A stretch of DNA of 64,000 nt from Octopus bimaculoides (GCF_001194135.2 NC_068990.1:48322400-48386399); one strand, 5' to 3'; shown: positions 50,739 to 63,919, counted from the stretch's first letter. Translations and numbers: made by a program. The notes: generated by a model not told the origin, from the sequence alone.

Positions 50739-51651
50739 NNNNNNNNNNNNNNNNNNNNNNNNNNNNNNNNNNNNNNNNNNNNNNNNNNNNNNNNNNNNNN
50801 NNNNNNNNNNNNNNNNNNNNNNNNNNNNNNNNNNNNNNNNNNNNNNNNNNNNNNNNNNNNNNNNNNNNNNNNNNNNNNNNNNNNNNNNNNNNNNNNNNNN
50901 NNNNNNNNNNNNNNNNNNNNNNNNNNNNNNNNNNNNNNNNNNNNNNNNNNNNNNNNNNNNNNNNNNNNNNNNNNNNNNNNNNNNNNNNNNNNNNNNNNNN
51001 NNNNNNNNNNNNNNNNNNNNNNNNNNNNNNNNNNNNNNNNNNNNNNNNNNNNNNNNNNNNNNNNNNNNNNNNNNNNNNNNNNNNNNNNNNNNNNNNNNNN
51101 NNNNNNNNNNNNNNNNNNNNNNNNNNNNNNNNNNNNNNNNNNNNNNNNNNNNNNNNNNNNNNNNNNNNNNNNNNNNNNNNNNNNNNNNNNNNNNNNNNNN
51201 NNNNNNNNNNNNNNNNNNNNNNNNNNNNNNNNNNNNNNNNNNNNNNNNNNNNNNNNNNNNNNNNNNNNNNNNNNNNNNNNNNNNNNNNNNNNNNNNNNNN
51301 NNNNNNNNNNNNNNNNNNNNNNNNNNNNNNNNNNNNNNNNNNNNNNNNNNNNNNNNNNNNNNNNNNNNNNNNNNNNNNNNNNNNNNNNNNNNNNNNNNNN
51401 NNNNNNNNNNNNNNNNNNNNNNNNNNNNNNNNNNNTTGAGATTTTTGAAAAAAAATTTCAGAATCGGAATCTCCATAGCCTAAAACGTGGGATTCCATTA
51501 AAAAAAAAAATAAAACAAGGGGGGAAAGGTTCAGATTACATATAGTCCATCTCTACCTAGAGAAATATATTATTCAAAAGAATTCCAACTCTGTGTGTTT
51601 TTTTATGTTTTATTTATATTCTTATAAAATTAATGTGGGATATAATATATA

Positions 51652-51778
51652 CAGGGTGTCCACAAAGTCTGGGTACATGGAGTAAATAAAATCATAACAT
51701 AAACGATTAAATATAAGAAATAATAATTTCTTAAAGTATGTGTTAATCGTCATGTACCCAGACTTTGTGGACACCCTG
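51652..51778. mobile_element. Tc1/mariner-type MITE, 127 bp
   Basis: Perfect 28-bp TIR cagggtgtccacaaagtctgggtacatg with TA on both sides. Confidence 0.92.
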
Positions 51779-51846
51779 TATAGTAAAATGAAATGGAGTA
51801 TTGAATGTCTTATTGAATAAATGAAATATTGAATATTAAATATATA

Positions 51847-51890
51847 AGGACTAGTATACTTTCCTGCTTTCTAGCAGTCTTCAAGGTCCT
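51847..51890 (-). ncRNA. Penelope-type minimal hammerhead ribozyme motif
   Basis: AGGAC-CTTGAAGA-CTGC-tagaaa-GCAG-GAA-AGTATACT-A-GTCCT: 5-bp stem I, 4-bp stem II, palindromic helix III, CUA triplet. It lies downstream of, and co-oriented with, the GIY-YIG fragment. Confidence 0.62.
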
Positions 51891-52109
51891 GTGTGACAGA
51901 AGTGTTTTAACTGTAGTTGACTGGCTGTCTTCTTGTCCTTTATACACATTCTTTTGGACAGCAGCAGTAGGTGTTTGGCTATTTTTAGAGATGATACCAA
52001 ACCATTTTTCAATGTTTATTTTTAGAAATGATGACATTTGAGAGATTTTTTGTGTTTTAGTTATAAGGAAAGATTTTTAAACCCCAAGTAAGATTAATTT
52101 AATTATTGT

Positions 52110-52440
52110 TTGTTAAGATTGGGTTTGAATTTCTTAATAAAGTCCTTTTCTCTCCGTTATCTCTCAATTTCATTCAGGTTGTAAAGTTTATGAAATGGAA
52201 GTATCATAAAAGTTTTTCGACCACATGTTGCCAGATGGTTACTCAGTGGTATTTGGCGGACCTCTGGGTTTTTAATCTGTTGTCGATGCACATGCAAGCA
52301 TTCTGATAGTGCATTACCTGTCTGGCCAACGTATAGTTCTTCACAATTTGGGCATTTGATGCAGTAGATTAGATTTCTACTTTTGCAGTTCATGTTCACA
52401 TTGATGAATATTTTCCACAAAGTAAGGAATTGAGAAATAT
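52110..52440 (-). mobile_element. Penelope-like element GIY-YIG endonuclease fragment
   Basis: MNCKSRNLIYCIKCPNCEELYVGQTG...VHRQQI...HL...E...IKKFKPNLN (IY...YVG motif, CxxC). Confidence 0.9.
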
Positions 52441-52620
52441 CATTACAGATCAAACTATAACTCTCAGTAAGAAGAGACAACCTAAAAACTTGAAAAAGCT
52501 ATTAACAAAGGCAAGGTTTGACCTCAGCAACAAAAATCAAACATTCACTGTGTCTAAATGCAATGATAGCCGATGCGGTACATGCCAATTAATTCATACC
52601 AGCTCAAAAACAGGGAAAAC
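52430..52620 (+). mobile_element. Inverted upstream part of the same Penelope-like ORF (RT-endonuclease linker)
   Basis: KRQPKNLKKLLTKARF...SKCNDSRCGTCQLI is the region that normally precedes the GIY-YIG domain, here on the opposite strand. Confidence 0.75.
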
Positions 52621-52621
52621 A

Positions 52622-52685
52622 GTGAGAAAATGGTTAAGCAATAGTTATTTTAGATAAAATAACTATTGCTTAACCATTTTCTCAC
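52622..52685. repeat. Perfect 31-bp inverted repeat with a 2-nt spacer
   Basis: gtgagaaaatggttaagcaatagttatttta-ga-taaaataactattgcttaaccattttctcac. Confidence 0.97.
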
Positions 52686-52688
52686 ACC

Positions 52689-52736
52689 GTCTCTGATGGA
52701 GGGAAATATAAAATATCCCGGAAACAGCTGTAAGAC
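52689..52736 (+). ncRNA. Penelope-type minimal hammerhead ribozyme motif
   Basis: GTCT-CTGATGGA-GGGA...TCCC-G-GAA-ACAGCTGT-A-AGAC: 4-bp stem I, stem II, palindromic helix III, GUA triplet. One extra or variant base in the core. Confidence 0.6.
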
Positions 52737-52869
52737 CTATTTATAAAGGTTTTAAAATCTTTCACAGCCTTGGATTTTTATCTCATTCTTGAAAATTTTT
52801 GTTATATACATATATATATATATATTAGTGTGAAAAGGATTAGTATCACTACAATATAATATCTAGCAA

Positions 52870-53330
52870 TAGATTGCCATCTTGTTTCAATTACAGTGCA
52901 TATCCATAGATGTAATATCCTGGTGAAATCTCACTTTGTTTATCAGTAATTGTGCCAAAATTTTCTGGTAAAAAATTTAGATACAAATGTTAGAAACATA
53001 ATTTTGGAGATATCGACAACTCATACCATTTAAAATCTCAATCAGTATCTCAATTCCATAATAAAAAGAAGGAGATCTCTAATTTCCTAAGAAGCTAGCA
53101 TAGACTAATTTGAAGGTATGCCAAGATGAAGCTAGCATATACCAATTTGAAAGTATGCCAAGATTTTAGCTCAGGTGCTGTGAGTGTTTCATCAAAAGTT
53201 TTATCTTTTAATACTTCTTTTTGAGGTTCTATAAAACTGACTCCTTAATTTTTGTCACACCTAATCTTAGAAATATTTCAGTGCAAAATTGAAATTATTT
53301 TGTTTTTTTAGCTTCAGAAAGTATTGGTAA
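52870..53330 (-). mobile_element. DNA transposase C-terminal remnant (GERFHQDI-type; CMC/Chapaev-like assignment tentative)
   Basis: Frameshifted PENFGTITDKQSE.FHQDITSM, LSEAK, DKTFDETLTAPELKSW. Contains an internal 37-bp tandem duplication at about 53091-53164. Confidence 0.55.
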
Positions 53331-53974
53331 AAAACATTTTCTACAGTTCAACTAAAAGTACTGATCGAATATTATTTCTTTCAGGAGTATATGAAGGCTT
53401 AGTTGTATGCTCTGTAATAGCATGACTGTCCCACAGACATAGAAAGCAGCAGTGCTTGGTGAATCCTCCTGTATGCACATTAACACTGCAGTCACTTTAA
53501 GATCTTCTTGGTGATTGTTGTGTAGAGTCATATTATGAAGAATCTCCTTATTAACATAACAGCTTTTAAACTTTGTAAAGATGACTCTATAAAAGATCAC
53601 CACTTGCATGCCTTATAAGAACACCTTCCACTTCCAAATAAAAGTTTAATTAAAATTCCACTTTTCTACATTAACTCAGTTGTTTTCTTCAAGCAACCTC
53701 ATTTCAGGTAAAAGATGAGAAGCTCTACCTTTGATATTTCAAAATCCTTCACATGATAGCTCAAATTTTCTTGTATGTAGAGAATTAGACAATGAAGGAA
53801 AAAAATGACTGTCTCTCAAAATATACATTTCCAAGGGAAAGCCAAAAGCAATTTCAAAATCAGTACAAAAACTACTTCAAATATATCTAAAAAAAAATAA
53901 TCTCTGATAAAAACTATTTGTTGACTTGTGTAATCAAATGCCTCACCATCATAACTGTCTTTTCCTTTTTCTAG

Positions 53975-54082
53975 GTATAATGCATTAAAGACTACATTAG
54001 AAGATTTGGTTACTATTTTTAGTATGCCAAATAACTATGTAGAGGCTCTCACAAAGTTTTACACGAGACTAACTGGTATCAA
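53975..54082 (+). CDS. Possible + strand exon (YNALKTTLEDLVTIFSMPNNYVEALTKFYTRLTGI)
   Basis: Strong acceptor tgtctttttccttttctag| and donor AA|GTAATG; 108 nt open, phase 2-2. No recognisable homology. Confidence 0.3.
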
Positions 54083-55513
54083 GTAATGGTCATTACTTTT
54101 AATGAAATTCTTGTGTGTTCTAATAATGTCATGCTTTTTTTTTTTTCAAATCACATTTTTCAATAAACTTTGCTACTTGAACATCTCGAACTGTTTCCTT
54201 ATCAAGACAGGAAAACTTCCCTATTTAACCATTATATTAAAAATTTGTTTTCAATAGTGTGACCAATGGAAAAAATAAATATGTTAAACTAGAAAAGTAA
54301 ACCTTATCTGCAGCAAATTCATTAGCCTTGTATTAAACACAATCTATTTAGAACTAATATGGCTTACTCTCAAACAACTGTCATATATAACTTTTTGTCT
54401 ACTCTCTTATCAAAACAAAATGGTCAACATTCATGGTAAAACATGATCAACACAGAAAAGTAGCTTGCTTGACATAGACAATAATCATAATATAGTCTGC
54501 CATTGTAACATTAAAATAACTCTGCGGTCAAGTGAATATATATTTTGGTATACTTCAAGCTAAAAGGCTGTGAATGCAAATGCCTATAAAGACTCCTGTG
54601 GCTTTTAGGTTCAGAATTTATTCCTATGACAATAATATACTTGCCTAGACCATGTGACACCAAATATTCCTCTATCAAACACAATGAAAGGCATGCAGGA
54701 GTTTGAAAGTAAACAATTAGGGCCTGATCTCAGTTAAAGGCTGAAAATACAAAACTTCAAGACTATTTTATCTATTAAAAAATTTTTACTTAGTTCAAGT
54801 TTGCCTCAGGCAAATTTTTCTGGCAGCATACCCCTTAATCATTTTTGGCAGTATTGGCATACCCCATGTGAAGAATATAATGTAAAATGGTGGGATTCCA
54901 CATGTATTATTAATTTAATCTAATTTAAAGAGTTCAACTCCCACAGTAGTCAACTTTGCTTTCATCCTTCCAGGGTACCAGTGAAATACTGGAACCAATT
55001 TAATTAAATGTTTCCTCTCCCAAGATGTCAGAATTTGTGCCTATGTAAGAAATCAGTCTTACATTTTGAAAGAGATGAATTAGTTTGGCTCTTTCTAACA
55101 AATAACTTCATTCTCAGCACATTTTCAGAGGGGCCTATCCATATAATATTCTCAATCAACATTCTTACACGAAATTAGTTTTTGGTTATAAACATTGCTG
55201 AAAGCACTTGTTCACAATGCCAAGTGAATGGGAACAGCTAAAGACATGCCATACATTTTCTAGATACAAGTTATGTTTAACTGGTTGTGATTACTTCAAA
55301 ATTCCATTATATTTACAAACCTCTGATATCCTCATAATTTCTTTCACATACCCCCAGAGGTAATCAAACTCCAATTCAGGAACCCCAGGTCAAGGTATTA
55401 TACTCACTAACAACATTATTGTACTGACACTTTATCTTTCTCCATGAATTACACTAACATATTTTTGATCTTTTAAAATATGTTCATTAAATTATGTTAA
55501 CATGTTGCAGAAC

Positions 55514-55739
55514 TTAACCCTTTCATTACCGTATTTATTTTGAGATGCTCTGTGTTTCTTTCAATTATTTTCAATATAACAAAGAATTTAGTAAAATAAC
55601 AGTTATCATTAAGCTAGTGTTAGGAACATAAACTGCAACTAAGGTTTGGTGGAAGATTTTAATTCAAAACTTATGAAAACAAACATTTGTACTACAGAGC
55701 CAGAGCTGGTTTCAGCCGGGTTGGTAACAAAAGGGCTAA
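55514..55739. mobile_element. piggyBac-like MITE
   Basis: TTAA-ccctttcattacc ... ggtaacaaaaggg-ctaa (TIR of about 13 bp with a TTAA-type target). Confidence 0.7.
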
Positions 55740-58700
55740 ACTATATGTTTCTAATTCAGAACATTATTTCAACTTCTATCATCTTATAACCCTTTAAAAA
55801 AATTTTAGATTAGAGCAGTGAGTATTGCTCATGCATCAAAAACCAATATATAAAAATATAATTCTGAGATATTCAAAGATCTAATAGAGATTCAGTGGTA
55901 TATAATCTTTAATTCCTTCTGAACATATTCTTTTGCTTTCCTCATTACTGCTGAAATTGATCCATATTACCCATAAATCATGCCAATGCCTTCAACCTAG
56001 TAGTGGTGGTAGGTGCTAAAATATAGTTAGAAACCCAAACTCCTCTCATTTCCTTCTTTGTTGTTATCCTATGCATACCTGTTACTTCCTACTTCAGCAA
56101 AGCAACACAAAATAAAAGACCAAGTAAAAAGCATGTTAACTCTTGTAGAAATTTAGATTTTCGCATATCTTTGGTGTTTAGTGATGTGGAGTTGTAGTAT
56201 AATAAGAAAAAATATATATCTTTAGATAAATTACTTTCCTTAGCATTTAAAAAGAATCTCCTGCTGTAAAGGCTTTTGCCTTTATCACAAGAGAAAAGTT
56301 GTGATAAACAAAACAGGAATTACATATGACTGAAGACTGACCAATCAATACAACAAAATAATCTTGCACATGGCCTGATTTGCATCAGTGCAAATCTTTC
56401 CTCCAACAAGCAAATCTTTAACAATGAGAACACATCTATGATCGAATTGGTGAATCGGTGATTAAATATATTTCTGTGATGTTTCAACATGATTTTGCTA
56501 GACAGTAGTGCAAAGAAAGGGAAATTTCCAAATACCAGCTGTAATAGAATTTGTTTCTGTAACTGATGCTTCATTAATGAAAACAAACATTTATCAACAC
56601 TAACTAATTCATTCTCTATCTAACCTTAGTCTGTGGCTTTGATAATATTTTAGGAAATCTAATTTCTTCTATTATTTGTGAGGTGTATTTACATGTTAAA
56701 TGTCTATAACATGTGAAAAATCTTTCTTTATTGTTGGAAGCATGTTCAGTTTCTCAAGCAATTTAATAAAGGAAGTTGAATGCTGAATAACTAATCAACT
56801 ACTTATAAAATTGATTGAAGTCATGCACCTCTATGTAGCAATAGTTGTACTATTACTAATTTACTCCAGGCATAAAAGGTTAACAAAGTCAACTGGGAGC
56901 TTGATTAGTCAGTGATTAGACAGGGTGCAGTCAACTAAGAAAAGATACAGAGTCTAAAAGAATCCATTAACCTTTAGGTTAATAGATTCAAAATGTTTTT
57001 TAGTAGCTCCAAGATAATGATAAATGCAATTAAGGTGCAACAGCTTAATTACATGTCTTTATCACAGGAATTAAATTATTTGAGAAATACAAGGTATTTC
57101 ATTTCCTATAATGTAATTAATTTGATAATTAAATTTGTCATTATCTCAACAATGGGCCCTATCCCATCATACAACTGTAATTTTCTTTTCACTTTAAAAA
57201 CCAAGATTGTTTAGTTTGAATTCTATTCTACAATATCGCCAGTAATTTATTCATATTCTTATAAAATTTAAATACAGTTAAACAATAGACAAAAAGACTT
57301 GCTGAAAATTATTAGCTTTAAATATTATTTAGCCAAACAGTAATGCATTTAAAGTAGCTAACAGTAACTAGACTGTTGAACATATCCCATAAGCAGTATT
57401 TAAAAACATTCTTTAATTCTCAATGTTTCATACAACTCTTAAACAAGACATTATACTGTTTCCAATGATGTGGCTCCAGTTAAGGAATTCAAGAGTTTTG
57501 CAGAGTGTGGGTTACTCCTTAGACACACTACTCCCAGGTATGCTCAGGTCTGGAGTGGTAGTACTGTCGAGGATCCCCAATTATAGGTCAAATATAAGAA
57601 GATGGTCCAGTAGGTAATTATAGGATTTGGAGAACTGGCCCATCGGTTAAATAAACCAGTCCTGCTGCCTAAAGTTATATAAGCCTTGTACCTCAAGGAT
57701 AAGAGCAAAAGACTTGCAATGGAAGTGGTAAATAAACCAGCAGAGGGCAATTGGAAACTACTGCTGTTTCTTCCCCAAGAAATACTATGAATCTTCAGAC
57801 TTTGGCATGGAAATTCATGATCATCAACACATCAACACCTACAGGCATGGCACATGAAAAGAAAGTTCCTGACATAAAACCTGAAGCAACTTTTGCAATT
57901 TATTTGAAATATTTCTCAGAATATCATATAAAAATTTACTACAATAGAAATTGGAGAAATGAAACCTGGAAGTAGTTCCAGAGAGAGGAATTCAATATTT
58001 ACTAGAACTCATGACTAAAATATAATAATTATTAGATAATCATAAGAATGCATTGAAGTTATAAATTCTTTTAAAGATACTCATTTATGTTCTTTCTAAA
58101 ATATCAATACAACACTGATGAATCCACTAGTGAAACTGAAGATGGCATGTTCCATCAAACAGTACCAACATGGCCTTCCTTAGCAAATTAACCTGTATGG
58201 AAAAGTTAATTGCAAAAAAGTTAAAATTTTTGTTATACAATATGTTCTACCCAAGTGTAGCAGAAACTTAGAACATATAAATCCAGTTATTACACCATTC
58301 AGAGAATGCTAAAATTTACAGGTATTTCATAATAACCAAAAATTTATGAATATAATTCTATCTATATCAATGAATAGTGAATTAATTTACCTTATTAATC
58401 AACTAGAAACTATTTTTCAAGATGTTTTGTTCACAATTTTTTCTAGACGAGTGAGGTAATAAAATTGCAGGCACAAAAACAGCTTGTGATTTAACAAAAT
58501 ATAAAATGGACAAGTTTTTAAACTGATAATCACAAGAAAAAAATTAAACAGTATATCCTTTTCAATGACCTTACATTTACATCATAACATGTGAACCAAA
58601 CATAACAAAAAAATATCCAGGCCTTATGATCTCTGATAATTTTTTGTGATAACCAAGTATTTTTTACATAACCAAGACATCTTCTAAAAAGGATTAATAA

Positions 58701-60548
58701 TTTTTACCAAGCCAGAAAATATTTCATCCTTAAACAGTTTCAGACCATATACAAAACAGATACATCAAACACTACACAGCTTCTGTATGAAAATGCATAT
58801 AGACTGCATCATAAAGAAAAACTAGCTGCTCTTTGAGAGTTTGAAAGACAGATGTTCACTCACTATCAGTTTATACTATTTGGCTCATCATGTCCTCCTT
58901 CCCCTTACAATAATAATGGTCTTTGTTTCACTCAACTTGCCAATTCTATAATGACTGCTACATAAATCCTTTTGATCCACCCTCTTCCCCATCAACTTCA
59001 TAAGACTGCGTTCTATATCTCTAACCTCCTTTCTGAAAATCACATACTTCTGGAACTTATCTTTGCCAATATTTTTTCTCCAACCACTATCCTAAGAATT
59101 TAGAATAAACATTACCTTCACCAAATCCTCCTTATTCCTTAGTCTAAATAGCCTTGTACAACATATGGCTCTGTAAAGGTTATGGACATTGTCCTCCTTA
59201 AACAAAATGATAATTGTAAAAAGAAGAATTGTGATAAAATGAATTTTTAATGCATTTCTGCCTTGAATATAAATTTCCTGAGTAATATGTCTAGATTAAA
59301 TATTTTAAAATAACTTATTCATAGAAACAAGGTTAAGCAGATATTTGTTATATTCAATAAATGAACATCCTTGTTAGAAACAAGTAAAAAAAATATTATT
59401 CTAGATTTATTATGTAAAATGTTTCCAAACCTAGGCATTTGTCCAAATTTCATTTCTTGTACAAATTCAGGAAATGTTTAACTAAGATAACTAACTTATG
59501 CTCATTCTTATAATGAATGTTATATAAAAGAAAATATTCATATAAGCAGTATGTCAAAATCCATTATCGTCTAGCTTTAGTTTCTATCAAATTGAATCTA
59601 AAAGTCAACTACAATAGTTTGTTATGCTATATAGTAAAGGAAATCTTAGAAACTTTGAATGAAAATTACTATAAGCTGAAGAGAGCAAATCTGATAAGGC
59701 AAATTCTTTAGTGACAATGTTATAAGAAATATTAGACATAAGTAAAAGGGTTTGTTTCCTACACACAAAACTGTCAATGATTTATAGTTATAGCTATTTA
59801 ACCCAAAGTTAGCTTTGATCAGATAGACCACTTATAACAGGTATTCTAAGTTATAACCATTCCATGTTTCTTTTCAGGTATAGTGTATCCACTACTATAT
59901 TTTCTAATGTGTTCTTATTTTGAAATAGTACAAAGTGATTTAAGAAGGAAATGGCCACTACTTTCAGCAGTACAAAAGACTACATGGTATTTCCCCTCAT
60001 CAGTTTGTGTAAAGACTCCTTCATCAGCTTGTTTGATCATCATAATTTTATGTCTACCTTCTATGTTGGTATGGGCTGGATAGGTCACCATGATCTGAGT
60101 CAGTTCTGACTTACAGTTTACTATCCACTAATAAGTCAGAAGACCACATCTTGCTCATACATCCTATTTTTGGTGTAATTTTGTAGTACATTGTCATAAC
60201 TGTTATTTATACTTTTAGAGATCTTCATTGATAGAAGCATACGCTTGTATCATATGGAAATTGATGGTGATTGAAGTGTTTCACATGACATAAATAAATA
60301 CCAATATGAATGCAGGACACCTAAAATAGAAAACACACACATATATGAATACATATTTTTAGTGTTTGTTGTTACTTCTGTCTTACAGGGGTGTGGATAT
60401 TTGGACACAGCAATCTAGATTTTTACAGTAGTTAGGAAGTGAAGTAAACAAAAACTAAATACTTGTAGAACCAAAATTTTCAAGATTTTTATCAAACCAA
60501 AACACACACACACACACACAGAGTTATATTTCATTATATCACACTCTA

Positions 60549-60804
60549 CAGTAAGGATCCTCCAACCACCAGGCTGAACAGAAAGAATGAATTAAAAAAT
60601 TTTCTTTCTATTTTACTGACTAACAGTCTGCAGGGTGTGTTTGCATTATATATGTATAATATAATATACATGTATTATATATGTAATAATTAGATCATAT
60701 GATATGCACTTTGTGTTTTGCTCTGCATGTGATCCTCCAGTTCATGGAAAAATTGTTCTACATGAAACTAGTCCATGACGCAAAAAAATGGTTAGGGACT
60801 GCTG
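60549..60804. mobile_element. hAT-like MITE
   Basis: Ends cagtaaggatcctccaacc / ggttagggactgctg resemble CAG..GTCCCCAACC TIRs; TSD not resolved. Confidence 0.5.
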
Positions 60805-61419
60805 CTCTTACTAGTAAAAATATTATACAAAGGGTAATTATCTGAGTTATCTCCCCTCCTCCATCTTGCTGAATACTCATAGTACACCCAACAGTTCTAA
60901 CTATCCTTTCATAACATAATTAGATTTTTTGCGAAACCTGAAATTATTTTATAAATATAATTTCACAAAATTATGTAGTCACACAACCTGATTGCCTTAC
61001 ATTCTTTTGAAGCTGATAAATAAAGTACCTGTCTTATACTGGTGTCAATTCTCATTCCTTCACTTTTACTTTCTATCTGTCTTTCTCTTTCCAGAAGAAA
61101 TTGGTTGGATCAAACCTGAAGAGTTATGGGTTCTGTTGGGTCTAAAAGTGCTTAAAACATGTCACAATAGCCCCTCTACAATTCCCTGAAGCAGCTGAGG
61201 GCCAAAGGCAAGGCATATATCATTTATCTTTTACTTATTATTGCAGTTATTAATTATATTTTATTTACTAATTATGTTCACCCAGAAATCTGGGCACTCT
61301 CTTTTAGCAAGGTTTTAATTAGCCATCATACTACTATATTTATTAATACTACATAGCTACAATAACAGAAGAAATAAGATATTATTCACCTATTTACTGT
61401 TGCTATTATTTTTGCTATT

Positions 61420-62120
61420 AAGCGGGAAAGCTGGCAGAATCATTAGCATGCCAGACACTGCATTTCGTCCATCTAAGTCCAAATTCCACCAAAGTTGACT
61501 TTACCTTTCATCTTTTCAGTATCAATAAAATAAGTACCAGTTTAGAATAAGTGTCAATGTAACTGAGTAACCCCTTCCCCCAACATTTCAGGCCTTGTGC
61601 CTATAACAAAAAGGAGTTATTATTATGATTGTTGTTATTACTATTATTATTATAGAGTGGCGAGCATGTGAAGTGAAATGCTTAGTAGTATTTTGTCCAT
61701 CTTCACATTCCGAGTTCAACTTTACCTTTCATCATTTCGGGGTCGATACAATAAGTATCAGTTATGCACTGGGATTGATGTAATTGACTAGCCCCCTCCC
61801 CACAAATTTCAGACCTTGTACCTAAAGTAGAAAGAATTCTTCTTCTTATTATTATCATTATTAAGGTGGTGAGCTGGCAGGACCATTAGGACACTGGACA
61901 AAATGCTCACCTGTATTTCTTTTGATTCATTGCTAAACCTGCCTGACAAACTGCTAAGTGGCATTTCATCCATCTTTAGGTTCTGAATTCAAATCTGCCA
62001 AGGTCAACTTTACCTATCATCCTTTCAGGTCAATGAAATAAAGTGCTAAAGTATTGGGGGTCAATGTAACTGATGTGCCTCCTCTCCTCAAACTCAAAGG
62101 CCTTGTGCCAAAATTTGAAA
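61420..62120 (+). mobile_element. Cluster of three head-to-tail SINE family A copies
   Basis: Three successive g(g/a)tg(g/a)gctggcagaa...ctttacctttcatc...aataagta...ggccttgtgcc units, each starting after the (ATT)n tail of the previous one. Confidence 0.8.
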
Positions 62121-63919
62121 TCAACATTGATAACGCTTTGATTACTGTTCAACTAAATGACCTACACCAAGAAGACAACCTCATAACACCACAGGTTACC
62201 CTTCTCGTCCTAATTCAATCCTGGGATAAGAAAAAACCACTATCCTAGTCTAGAGGGCCTGGCACTTGGTAAACATATTTGGTTGTTATCATTGTAGGGT
62301 AATAAACTCACTTGTTAGCTGAACCCAACCTTCTTCAAGCTTACTTCATAAAAATTGTACCTCACAAGCATTCACACAGTAGGTTCCTTCCCTCTATTTA
62401 CATGATATAGATAACCTTTTTACCCCCAGCATCTTGATCATCATGTAGTCTATTTAACCCCTCAAAAAAAAAAAAAAAAACAGTAGCTCATTTCTGAATA
62501 AATAAATTTGGTTGTAAGGCATGAGCAGAGATGTGGTTTACATAAATCTCTGTACAAACTACCTCTCTAGGAAGGTAGTAACTCTGAATAAAAACCGATA
62601 TAGGGTACAGGGAAACCTTTAGTCCTCGCACATGAAACAAACTGTCTAATGCTTGTGACACAAAAATAAAATATGCCCAGTAAAACCTGTAAAGTAGTTG
62701 GTATTAGGAAGGACATTCAGTCATAGAAACTGAGGAAAAAATGGAATATACAAGTGAGATACGAACTCCACAAGCTGTATTACAAGCTACCTATCTACAG
62801 GAACAGTAACTACAAAAAAGAACTAAAAGAGTTGAAGGGAGTCTTTAGTTCAGTCTAGTGCCAGTGGCACAGTAAAGAATGCCAGTCTATGTGAAATATA
62901 CACAACACCAAGGTTAAGTGTTTTTCTCTGTTGCTATGTGTGCTGGATCACTTGGACTATGGTAAGTCATGAGACCATCTAACCCATGCTAGCATGGGAA
63001 AATGGACAGAAACTGATGTTGATGATGATAAATATACATGCAGTTTTTGTATATGTTGTGATACAAAAGTCACAATTGACTCACCATACCAAACCCCAGT
63101 TTGTATGTGTGTGTATGCATTAATTAGAAAGTCAGATAGAGTTGTGAATCCAACATTTATTTAGTAAAAGATTTGCTGATAATTTCCATGAATCATGTCA
63201 ACCATTACAAATGAAACAAAACAAGAAACATACAATGATCCCTTACTCCCTATGAAATTACATCACCACCACCTCCATAATTAGTTACTGAGATATGTCT
63301 GAACTTCTGGTTCAATATTACACCCTTATTAGAATCATAAAACAATAAGGCCGTCGCTAAGCCCCTACAACCCTTGTGGTTGCAAGGGGCCTCTGCAGTT
63401 GAAGAGCCCCATGTTAAGATCATATGTACCCACATTCATACACACACACACACACACATGACTGGCTTTTTTCTGCTTCTGTCAACCAAATCCATTCACA
63501 AGGCAATTTACTTTGGTTAAGATGTTAACTGAAAATTTCAAGCCAGACAAGGAAAAAAATACGAGGGTGTACTGTAAATAAATTTAAAAGAAATGGAAAA
63601 AGTAAATGAAAAAAGTATGTCAACAAATTCCCTAAGGAGACAAAAGAAAAACAAAAGAAATTCAAACAATGAAAATAAGAACAACTTCAACAGAGAAGAC
63701 AAGAAAAAGAAGCAATGGAGATGAAAGGTGGGGATGTATACTTATATGTACATACACCCACTGGTATACATACACAACACACACACACACACACACATAT
63801 ACAACTGACTTTTTTCTGTTTCTCTCTACCAAATCTGTTCACAAAGCTTTGGCCAGCGCTGGTTAATTGATTGATTGATTGACAGACAGAAAGATAAACA
63901 TGTACCAAACACACATACA

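Noticed and set aside
57737-57749. CTCF-like motif CCAGCAGAGGGCA
   Set aside because: A single short match in 64 kb with no supporting context.
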